From a virus (taxonomy: Duplodnaviria; Heunggongvirae; Uroviricota; Caudoviricetes): a stretch of DNA of 8,661 nucleotides. Below are positions 1 to 7,378 of the stretch, in pieces. The DNA lies in IMG/VR virus record IMGVR_UViG_2713897161_000004. One strand, 5' to 3'. Position numbers and translations under genes: made by a program. The stretch's first letter is position 1. Each line of letters opens with the position of its first letter. The notes under the pieces were generated by a model. It saw nothing but the letters and a program-made list of their open reading frames with translations, had not been told where the DNA came from and did not search any database.

Positions 1-705
1 TTACATTTCAAAAACTCTGCTTACCAGGCGCATTTCGCCCAGGGGATCACCATAATAAAATGCTGAGGCCTGGCCTTTGCGTAGTGCACGCATCACCTCA
101 ATACCTTTGATGGTGGCGTAAGCCGTCTTCATGGATTTAAATCCCAGCGTGGCGCCGATTATCCGTTTCAGTTTGCCATGATCGCATTCAATCACGTTGT
201 TCCGGTACTTAATCTGTCGGTGTTCAACGTCAGACGGGCACCGGCCTTCGCGTTTGAGCAGAGCAAGCGCGCGACCATAGGCGGGCGCTTTATCCGTGTT
301 GATGAATCGCGGGATCTGCCACTTCTTCACGTTGTTGAGGATTTTACCCAGAAACCGGTATGCAGCTTTGCTGTTACGACGGGAGGAGAGATAAAAATCG
401 ACAGTGCGGCCCCGGCTGTCGACGGCCCGGTACAGATACGCCCAGCGGCCATTGACCTTCACGTAGGTTTCATCCATGTGCCACGGGCAAAGATCGGAAG
501 GGTTACGCCAGTACCAGCGCAGCCGTTTTTCCATTTCAGGCGCATAACGCTGAACCCAGCGGTAAATCGTGGAGTGATCGACATTCACTCCGCGTTCAGC
601 CAGCATCTCCTGCAGCTCACGGTAACTGATGCCGTATTTGCAGTACCAGCGTACGGCCCACAGAATGATGTCACGCTGAAAATGCCGGCCTTTGAATGGG
701 TTCAT
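1..705 (-). CDS. tnpA: IS26 transposase Tnp26 (DDE transposase, IS6 family), 234 aa, complete
   Basis: ORF track 1..723 minus; the protein from [66 protein letters not shown]... is the IS26 transposase. Real start is the ATG at 705 (MNPFKG); the MLMELH extension in the track is upstream read-through. Stop codon is at 1-3. Confidence 0.92.
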   Translation of the reverse strand: MNPFKGRHFQRDIILWAVRWYCKYGISYRELQEMLAERGVNVDHSTIYRWVQRYAPEMEKRLRWYWRNPSDLCPWHMDETYVKVNGRWAYLYRAVDSRGRTVDFYLSSRRNSKAAYRFLGKILNNVKKWQIPRFINTDKAPAYGRALALLKREGRCPSDVEHRQIKYRNNVIECDHGKLKRIIGATLGFKSMKTAYATIKGIEVMRALRKGQASAFYYGDPLGEMRLVSRVFEM

Positions 706-754
706 GTGCAGCTCCATCAGCAAAAGGGGATGATAAGTTTATCACCACCGACTA

Positions 755-768
755 TTTGCAACAGTGCC
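755..768. repeat. IS26 14-bp terminal inverted repeat (plus strand TTTGCAACAGTGCC = reverse complement of GGCACTGTTGCAAA)
   Basis: Exact match to the known IS26 terminal repeat; marks the IS boundary at 768. Flanking 8 bp (769-776 CCATCCGT) would be the target-site duplication candidate. Confidence 0.85.
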
Positions 769-795
769 CCATCCGTTATCTGCGGAGGTGAGGCT

Positions 796-1011
796 ATGAA
801 ATCCATGGATAAGTTAACAACGGGCATCGCCTACAGCACCTCTGCAGGCAGTGCTGGCTACTGGTTTTTACAGTTGCTCGATAAAGTCACGCCCTCACAG
901 TGGGCGGCAATAGGTGTATTGGGTAGTCTGGTATTTGGCATGCTGACGTATCTGACAAATCTTTATTTCAAGATTAAAGAAGACAGGCGTAAGGCTGCGA
1001 GAGGAGAGTAA
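796..1011 (+). CDS. Phage holin, class II pinholin of the phage 21 S type (S21/EssD/EssQ-like), 71 aa, with dual-start motif
   Basis: Tail of ORF 178..1011: [71 protein letters not shown]. Two transmembrane segments: a Gly/Ala/Ser-rich SAR-like first segment and a hydrophobic second. Met1-Lys-Ser-Met4 dual start (antiholin/holin). RBS GGAGGTGAGG at 784-793. The part of the track ORF upstream of 796 is antisense to tnp26 and not coding. Confidence 0.85.
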   Translation: MKSMDKLTTGIAYSTSAGSAGYWFLQLLDKVTPSQWAAIGVLGSLVFGMLTYLTNLYFKIKEDRRKAARGE

Positions 1012-1015
1012 TCCA

Positions 1016-1323
1016 ATGACTCAAGACTATGAACTGGTTGTGAAAGGAGTCCGTAATTTTGAGAATAAAGTTACGGTAACTGTAGCCTTACAGGACAAAG
1101 AACGCTTTGACGGTGAAATTTTTGGCCTGGATGTCGCCATGGACCGTGTTGAAGGAGCTGTGCTGGAGTTTTATGAGGCAGCAGCCAGAATGAGCGTCCG
1201 GCAAGTCTTCCTGGAAGTAGCAGAAAAATTGTCAGAAAAAGTTGAGTCTTATCTGCAGCATCAGTACTCCTTTAAGATTGAAAATCCTGCCAATAAGCAC
1301 GAGCGTCCTCATCATAAATATCT

Positions 1324-1327
<4 letters not shown>
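1016..1327 (+). CDS. ydfR: YdfR-like (DUF1327-type) conserved prophage protein of unknown function, 103 aa, sitting between holin and endolysin
   Basis: ORF 1016..1327, RBS GAGGAGAG at about 1000-1007, no predicted transmembrane segment, acidic. Stop TGA (1325-1327) overlaps the endolysin ATG (1324-1326) as ATGA. Length and position match my recollection of Qin-prophage ydfR; sequence identity not verified. Confidence 0.6.
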
Positions 1328-2350
<1,023 letters not shown>

Positions 2351-2533
2351 ATTAATATTAAATCGGATTATTTTTAGCGCTGAATGTGAAATTTAAATAA
2401 AAAGGACTCTTCCATGAGTCAAAATCCTTGAAATCTTAAGGGTAAGATAAAAGGTCATTAGACAGAATGACACGTTTTATTAATAAATAAAGCTATTGTT
2501 TCATTCGTGTGTTTTTCTTTACAAAAGTAATCC

Positions 2534-2562
2534 TTGCTATGGTTGGTTAATCATGCGTTAAT
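2534..2562 (+). promoter_or_regulatory. Candidate sigma70 promoter for the cold-shock gene (-35 TTGCTA 2534-2539, 17-bp spacer, -10 GTTAAT 2557-2562), with AT-rich UP-like region upstream
   Basis: Hexamers read directly; the arrangement resembles my recollection of the cspA promoter (TTGCAT / CTTAAT) and would give a 5' UTR of about 145 nt. Many alternative -10-like hexamers exist in this AT-rich DNA. Confidence 0.3.
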
Positions 2563-2713
2563 GGTGTTCTGGTTTGTTACAAAATTATCTGAAGCAGTCA
2601 TTGTTATAATTTTATTATTTGTACCTCTTGAGATTTCCTTGTTGGTTTTTCTTTCTGATATTTTTTTTCGGACCATTCTGCCCAAGGGCTAACTTCTTCA
2701 AAAGGTAATAATG

Positions 2714-2926
2714 ATGTCTAACAAAATGACTGGTTTAGTGAAATGGTTTAACCCTGAAAAAGGTTTTGGTTTCATCACGCCGAAAGATGGTAGCAAAGAT
2801 GTGTTTGTGCATTTCTCAGCTATTCAGAGCAACGATTTCAAAACGTTAACTGAGAATCAGGAAGTCGAATTTGGTATTGAGAACGGACCTAAAGGCCCTG
2901 CAGCTGTTCATGTAGTGGCACTTTGA
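2714..2926 (+). CDS. cspI: Cold-shock protein, CspA family (CspI-like), 70 aa
   Basis: ORF 2711..2926: (M)[70 protein letters not shown], with RNP1 (KGFGFI) and RNP2 (VFVHF) motifs. Start taken at the second ATG (2714) to give the family-typical MSNKMTG N-terminus; 2711 is also possible. SD AAGG at about 2701-2704. Confidence 0.85.
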   Translation: MSNKMTGLVKWFNPEKGFGFITPKDGSKDVFVHFSAIQSNDFKTLTENQEVEFGIENGPKGPAAVHVVAL

Positions 2927-3130
2927 GGTAGAAAATATTACAAACCATATTCACTTTAGATGCCCGTGTTGCCATGGTTCTCAGTATAGAACATCATCTT
3001 TTGATGTTTCTGACAGAAATCCTTTCGGGGCAAAATGTATCTTTTGTAAATCAATGATGATTACATTTGATAATATTTCACAATACTTAAATGTTAGCCA
3101 TCTGTCGTTAGATTTAAGAAAGTGAAAATG

Positions 3131-3155
3131 AAGGCTCCTTCGGGAGCTTTTTTGC
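3131..3155 (+). terminator. Rho-independent terminator: stem GCTCC / GGAGC with TTCG loop, followed by a six-T tract
   Basis: AAGGCTCC-TTCG-GGAGCTTTTTTGC at 3131-3155: GC-rich 5-bp stem extendable by A-U and G-U pairs, UUCG tetraloop, T-tract at 3148-3153. It lies about 205 nt downstream of the cspI stop and 43 nt upstream of the next ORF. Confidence 0.6.
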
Positions 3156-3197
3156 TTAGTGTCTAGTCGATGGATACTCACATATTACGGTAACATT

Positions 3198-3428
3198 ATG
3201 AAAAAAATAATAGTTTTTTTTAACTCTGAACCAGCAATGGTAGTGCCAGTGATGACCGGAGTTAACACCATCATGCGTGAATATCCAAATGGCGAAACAA
3301 CACACCTCACTGTAATGGCTGCAGGGTTTCCATCTCTGACCGGAGATCATAAAGTCATTTATGTAGCAGCGGATCGACATGTAACTTCAGAAGAAATTCT
3401 GGAAGCAGCAATGAGACTCTTGAATTGA
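3198..3428 (+). CDS. Small hypothetical protein (76 aa from ATG 3198; 51 aa if started at internal ATG 3273), in the position of a Qin-type cold-shock-associated small gene (ynfN-like)
   Basis: ORF 3159..3428 (the track uses a GTG start): MKKIIVFFNSEPAMVVPVMTGVNTIMREYPNGETTHLTVMAAGFPSLTGDHKVIYVAADRHVTSEEILEAAMRLLN. No family recognised from sequence; weak RBS for either start. Called on position and ORF integrity only. Confidence 0.45.
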   Translation: MKKIIVFFNSEPAMVVPVMTGVNTIMREYPNGETTHLTVMAAGFPSLTGDHKVIYVAADRHVTSEEILEAAMRLLN

Positions 3429-3600
3429 TTTGATTCTAATGCATTGATAATAAATGATAATCATCTTTATCTGTTTGTGTGAAATTTAGACCGTCGTATG
3501 TTGATTATTGCGATGTTTCATCTTATCTTTTATACGTTTGCTCCATATAATTGACACTACTGTGTACCAGGACAGTCATAACAGACTAAAAGAGGAAATG

Positions 3601-3774
3601 ATGAACATTGAAGAGTTAAAAACAAAAACAGAAGCAGATATTTCTGAATATATAACAAAAAAAATCATTGAGCTTAAGAAAAAGACCGGGAAAGAAGTTA
3701 CCAGTATCCAGTTTACTGCACGGGAAAAAATGACTGGTCTTGAAAGCTATGATATCAAGATTGATTTAATCTAG
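3601..3774 (+). CDS. gnsB: GnsA/GnsB family protein (GnsB-like), 57 aa
   Basis: Tail of ORF 3508..3774 from the ATG at 3601: MNIEELKTKTEADISEYITKKIIELKKKTGKEVTSIQFTAREKMTGLESYDIKIDLI, which matches the Gns family pattern (MNIEELK...GKEV...FTAREKMTGLESYD.KI). SD GAGG at 3592-3595. Confidence 0.75.
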   Translation: MNIEELKTKTEADISEYITKKIIELKKKTGKEVTSIQFTAREKMTGLESYDIKIDLI

Positions 3775-3836
3775 CATGTTTATAGTATTAGCATCAATTT
3801 CTCATCAGATGCTATTCAACAATACAAATTACCCAT

Positions 3837-3863
3837 AAACCTCGTTTTTACGGGGTTTTGTTA
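3837..3863 (+). terminator. Weak terminator-like hairpin downstream of the gnsB-like gene (AAACCTCG / CGGGGTTT stem, then TTTTGTT)
   Basis: AAACCTCG-TTTTTA-CGGGGTTTTGTT; the stem includes a G-U pair and partly uses the T-tract. Confidence 0.3.
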
Positions 3864-4069
3864 TATTTAAACATTACCGAATAGATATAAATCTCGATTG
3901 TCGATGGTATTGGTTGTGTGACAATACCTAGTCTTTCCGGTATGCCTGAAGAGAATACAAACGACAGATTATGTAAGGGAAACGCGCTGAAACTTTCACT
4001 CTTTCATGCTGAGTGATTTGACGTTATATTTTTAGCCGCAAGTGAAGAGCAAACGAATGGAGCGACAAA

Positions 4070-4276
4070 ATGCATAAAGATCAATACACTGATGCCCCGT
4101 CCCAGGAGCAGGTTCGTGTAAAAACTATGCTTAATAGCACCATTTCGATGGGTTACCCGGATGTTGTAATTGCATGTATAGAACATCAAGTATCTCTGGA
4201 AGCATTCAGGGCAATTGAGGCCGCGTTAGTAAAGCACGATAAGAATACGAAGGATTATTCCCTGGTGGTTGACTGA
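4070..4276 (+). CDS. Small hypothetical protein, 68 aa, immediately upstream of the cos region
   Basis: ORF 4070..4276: [68 protein letters not shown], preceded by SD GGAG with an 8-nt spacer. No transmembrane segment, no recognised motif. Confidence 0.5.
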   Translation: MHKDQYTDAPSQEQVRVKTMLNSTISMGYPDVVIACIEHQVSLEAFRAIEAALVKHDKNTKDYSLVVD

Positions 4277-4599
4277 TCACCATAACTGCTAACCATTCTG
4301 ACCATTTCACAAGTGACAGAGTCAATATCGTATTCTGTCACTGTAAGGCTAATACAGTACTGCAATTCAACTACAGCAATGCCTCGTATTTAGGTGAATT
4401 TACAATATCGTCCAGTTCGGATGCCGGCTGCATTTCTGAAGATAAGGCATTTCGGTTCGCGTATTTTCCCCTCATGCTCGTCAGTCCTGCGCGTAGTAAG
4501 AAACAGGACACTCACACTAATTTGTGTGGGCATGCTGTGATGTCCTTCTGAATTATCCCCATGCCATTATGTAAAGCTCTGTTTCAGATGCTCGTCACG

Positions 4600-4730
4600 G
4601 TTGTCAGGCTGTCGGGTCCTCCCAGTGGGGGTCCCTGCCACGGGGCGGGAGCGTCGCGGAAAAAGGCTAGTTTTTGAAATTTTATTCGTCATCACCACTA
4701 CTGTAATTGATTGATATTACAGTTGTTTTA
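4600..4730. other. Lambda-like cos site: cosN candidate 4643-4654 (GGGCGGGAGCGT), with cosB-like region downstream containing an IHF-consensus match and an inverted repeat
   Basis: Window has ...CCACG GGGCGGGAGCGT CGCGG AAAAAGGCTAGTTTTTGAAATTTTATTCGTCAT...; phage lambda has ...ACG GGGCGGCGACCT CGCGG GTTTTCGCTATTTATGAAAATTTT...CGTCAT... The minus strand at 4703-4715 reads TATCAATCAATTA (fits WATCAANNNNTTR). 7-bp inverted repeat CTGTAAT/ATTACAG at 4700-4721. The site is about 170 bp upstream of the terminase small subunit, as in lambda. Confidence 0.6.
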
Positions 4731-4828
4731 TTTTTATGGTGTCGATTCTGATTGTTTTTTGTTCATCACTAACACCGTTTGCCTAAAGTTGTTCGCAAGA
4801 TGCATGTTTAAAACATTCTGGAGCGGGT

Positions 4829-5323
4829 ATGGATCGAGAGTTAAAAAATCTGACGCTGAATATCAGTCAACTGGCGGCATTGTCAGGTGTACATCGCCAG
4901 ACTGCTGCGGCAAGGCTGCAAAATCTACCCGTTGCAGGGGGGCATGAAAGCAACCTCAAGCTTTATCGGGTGGTTGATATTGTGTCGGCATTTCTGGCAT
5001 TACCACCGCCGGTTGCAGAAGGCGAAATGGACGCGCATGAGCGCAAAGCCTGGTATCAGTCTGAACGTGAGCGTCTTAAGTTCGAACAGGAAACGGCACA
5101 ACTCATTCCGGCCAGTGATGTCAGACGGGAGTTTGCCATCTGGGCAAAAGCGGTCGTGCAGGTGCTGGAGACATTACCGGATATTCTTGAACGTGACTGC
5201 GGTCTGCAGCCTGACGCTGTGAGCCGTGTTCAGTCCATTATTGATGATCTGCGCGATCAGATAGCCCTGCGGGTGACTGAAGCAGGTGCGGATGATGAGG
5301 AGGAATTACAGCAGGAGGAGTAA
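4829..5323 (+). CDS. Phage terminase small subunit (lambda Nu1-like DNA packaging protein), 164 aa
   Basis: ORF 4829..5323: N-terminal HTH-like segment (LTLNISQLAALSGVHRQTAAARLQNLP) comparable to the Nu1 N-terminus, acidic C-terminal tail, SD GGAG at 4819-4822. Stop TAA overlaps the large-subunit ATG as TAATG (5321-5325). Confidence 0.75.
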   Translation: MDRELKNLTLNISQLAALSGVHRQTAAARLQNLPVAGGHESNLKLYRVVDIVSAFLALPPPVAEGEMDAHERKAWYQSERERLKFEQETAQLIPASDVRREFAIWAKAVVQVLETLPDILERDCGLQPDAVSRVQSIIDDLRDQIALRVTEAGADDEEELQQEE

Positions 5324-6807
5324 TGCTGAATCAGGAAACCGCAAAGGCAGCACGAACCGATTCAGGTTATATCCTTCGCGCACCGAGACGAATGCGGGTT
5401 GCTGATGCCGTTGCTCAGTATATGCGGGTGCCCATGGGGGCAGGGAACTCAGTCCCGTGGGATCCGCTGGTGGCACCGTATGTTATTGAGCCTATGAACT
5501 GCCTGGCCTCGCGTGAATACGACGCAGTGATATTTGTTGGCCCGGCACGAACCGGCAAGACTATCGGCCTGATTGACGGCTGGGTGATTTACAACGTGAT
5601 TTGCGATCCTGCTGATATGCTGATCATTCAGATGACGGAGGAAAAAGCCCGCGAACACTCCAAAAAACGACTCGCCAGAACGTTTCGCGTCAGCCCGGAA
5701 GTGGTCAGTCGCCTGAGTCCGAACAAAAATGACAACAACGTTTATGACAGAACATTCCTTGCTGGCAACTACCTGAAAATCGGCTGGCCGTCAGTCAATA
5801 TCATGTCTTCATCAGATTATAAATGCGTGGCGCTGACGGATTATGACCGTTTTCCGGAAGATATTGATGGTGAGGGGGATGCCTTCTCTCTTGCCTCAAA
5901 ACGTACCACCACATTTATGTCCAGTGGTATGACGCTGGTGGAGAGTTCCCCCGGCAGGGATGTGAAGGATGTGAAATGGCGACGGACTTCACCGCATGAG
6001 GCTCCACCAACCACGGGGATCCTGTCGCTCTATAACCGTGGCGATCGCCGTCGCTGGTACTGGCCCTGTCCACACTGTGGTGAGTATTTTCAGCCCTGCG
6101 GCGATGTGGTTGCTGGTTTCCGTGATATTGCCGATCCTGTGCTGGCAAGTGAGGCGGCTTATATTCAGTGTCCTTCCTGTTCAGGACGGATTTTGCCTGA
6201 ACAAAAACGCGAGCTGAACGGACGTGGGGTCTGGTTACGGGATGGTGAATCCATCAATGCAGATGGCAGTCGTTATGGTGATCCCCGGCGTTCACGTATT
6301 GCGTCATTCTGGATGGAGGGTCCGGCAGCTGCTTATCAGACACTCTCGCAACTCGTTTACAAGCTGCTTACTGCAGAACAGGAATACGAGACAACCGGAA
6401 GTGAAGAGACACTCAAGACGGTTATCAATACCGACTGGGGATTACCTTATCTTCCCCGCGCCAGCATGGAGCAACGAAAAAGTGAATTGCTTGAGCAGCG
6501 GGCAGAGCCAGTTCCTTCCCGCAGTGTGCCGGATGGCGTTAATTTCCTTGTGGCGACAGTGGATGTGCAGGCGGGACGTCATCGCCGTTTTGTGGTTCAG
6601 GTAACGGGCTATGGCAGCCGTGGCGAACGCTGGATTATTGATCGTTACAACATCACGCAGTCATTGCGCGGTGACAGCGACGGGGAGAGCCAGCGAATTG
6701 ATCCGGCCAGCTACCGGAGTCGGAAGTTGCCGGACCCTGCAGATGAAGGCGCATTACAGAAATGGAGGTCTGTTCTACCGTTCTTCAAGAGATGGCTATG
6801 GTTTTGA
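5323..6807 (+). CDS. Phage terminase large subunit, lambda GpA family, C-terminally truncated (494 codons versus about 640 in lambda gpA)
   Basis: ORF 5323..6807: Walker A P-loop GPARTGKT, Cys cluster [10 protein letters not shown]...CPSCSG (cf. lambda ACPHCGEEQY), and [32 protein letters not shown] (cf. lambda IDSQLDRYEMRVWGWGPGEESWLIDRQII). The ORF ends about 60 codons after this motif with an unrelated tail (...[16 protein letters not shown]), and tail-fibre sequence follows. Confidence 0.85.
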   Translation: MLNQETAKAARTDSGYILRAPRRMRVADAVAQYMRVPMGAGNSVPWDPLVAPYVIEPMNCLASREYDAVIFVGPARTGKTIGLIDGWVIYNVICDPADMLIIQMTEEKAREHSKKRLARTFRVSPEVVSRLSPNKNDNNVYDRTFLAGNYLKIGWPSVNIMSSSDYKCVALTDYDRFPEDIDGEGDAFSLASKRTTTFMSSGMTLVESSPGRDVKDVKWRRTSPHEAPPTTGILSLYNRGDRRRWYWPCPHCGEYFQPCGDVVAGFRDIADPVLASEAAYIQCPSCSGRILPEQKRELNGRGVWLRDGESINADGSRYGDPRRSRIASFWMEGPAAAYQTLSQLVYKLLTAEQEYETTGSEETLKTVINTDWGLPYLPRASMEQRKSELLEQRAEPVPSRSVPDGVNFLVATVDVQAGRHRRFVVQVTGYGSRGERWIIDRYNITQSLRGDSDGESQRIDPASYRSRKLPDPADEGALQKWRSVLPFFKRWLWF

Positions 6808-7378
6808 GGAAGACTGGGCAGAAGTTTATACCTCGAAAAATCTTCCACCAGAAAGCTACCCAGTCGGCGCACCAATCCCGTGGCCATCAGATACCGTTCC
6901 GTCTGGTTATGCCCTGATGCAGGGGCAGACTTTTGACAAATCTGCCTACCCGAAACTTGCTGCCGCTTATCCGTCAGGCGTGATCCCTGATTTGCGTGGC
7001 TGGACGATTAAGGGCAAGCCCGCCAGTGGTCGAGCCATATTGTCTCAGGAACAGGACGGCATTAAATCGCACACCCACAGCGCCAGCGCATCCAGTACGG
7101 ATTTGGGTACGAAAACCACATCGTCGTTTGATTACGGCACTAAATCCACGAATAACACCGGGGCGCATACCCATAGTGTTAGCGGTACGGCTGCTTCAGC
7201 CGGTGCACATACCCATTCGATGACATTTGTTTCAGGTGGTTCCAGTGGTGCTCCGGGAAGTGGAGCATCTGATTATTCTAAATACAGTGTTAACACTTCT
7301 TCTGCAGGCGCTCATACGCACTCTGTATTCTTGCTACGGAACATTTCAGTGACTGGGGATATTATGAGGTCAACTTAA
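6743..7378 (+). pseudogene. Side tail fibre protein (lambda Stf-like) C-terminal fragment; supported homologous core about 6857-7326
   Basis: Frame of ORF 6611..7378: [121 protein letters not shown]..., cf. lambda Stf [96 protein letters not shown]...[11 protein letters not shown]. No N-terminal part; ends in out-of-frame ydfI-like sequence ([16 protein letters not shown]). Confidence 0.75.

Larger units (their letters stand above)
1..768 (-). mobile_element. IS26 (IS6 family) insertion sequence, partial in window: left end with terminal inverted repeat at 755-768, remaining ~50 bp and the other inverted repeat lie beyond the window's left edge
   Basis: Minus-strand 721-768 reads GGCACTGTTGCAAATAGTCGGTGGTGATAAACTTATCATCCCCTTTTG, the canonical IS26 left end; the encoded transposase matches Tnp26 throughout. 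Truncation at position 1 is a window-edge effect, not biological. Confidence 0.9.

Noticed and set aside
178-795. N-terminal 206 codons of the 277-aa plus-strand ORF 178..1011
   Set aside because: This stretch is antisense to the IS26 transposase gene and crosses the IS26 terminal repeat; only the last 71 codons (796..1011) form a recognisable protein (holin) with its own RBS. It is an open-frame artefact.
2981-3380. Minus-strand ORFs 2981..3181 and 3156..3380
   Set aside because: They lie in AT-rich intergenic DNA or antisense to the plus-strand small ORF and run across the terminator hairpin; no RBS and no recognisable family.
4004-4189. Minus-strand ORF 4004..4189
   Set aside because: Antisense to the better-supported plus-strand 68-aa ORF, which has a proper RBS; low-complexity translation.
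4560-4660. GC-rich block considered as a possible tRNA or structured RNA gene
   Set aside because: No cloverleaf-compatible arrangement was evident; the sequence aligns much better with the lambda cosQ/cosN region, which explains the GC-rich dyad.
4711-5222. Plus-strand ORFs 4711..4947 and 4887..5222
   Set aside because: The first spans the cos region into the terminase small-subunit gene in another frame; the second is an alternative frame inside the same gene. The Nu1-like frame 4829..5323 has the RBS and the recognisable HTH N-terminus.
5449-6604. ORFs 5449..5658 (minus), 5915..6148 (minus), 5996..6217 (plus), 6224..6604 (plus) inside the terminase large subunit gene
   Set aside because: Alternative-frame or antisense ORFs within a gene whose main frame has clear Walker A and Cys-cluster motifs; typical of GC-rich coding DNA.
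6974-7223. ORFs 6974..7174 (minus) and 6996..7223 (plus) within the tail-fibre fragment
   Set aside because: Alternative-frame ORFs with Pro/Arg-rich low-complexity translations; the Stf-homologous frame accounts for the region.
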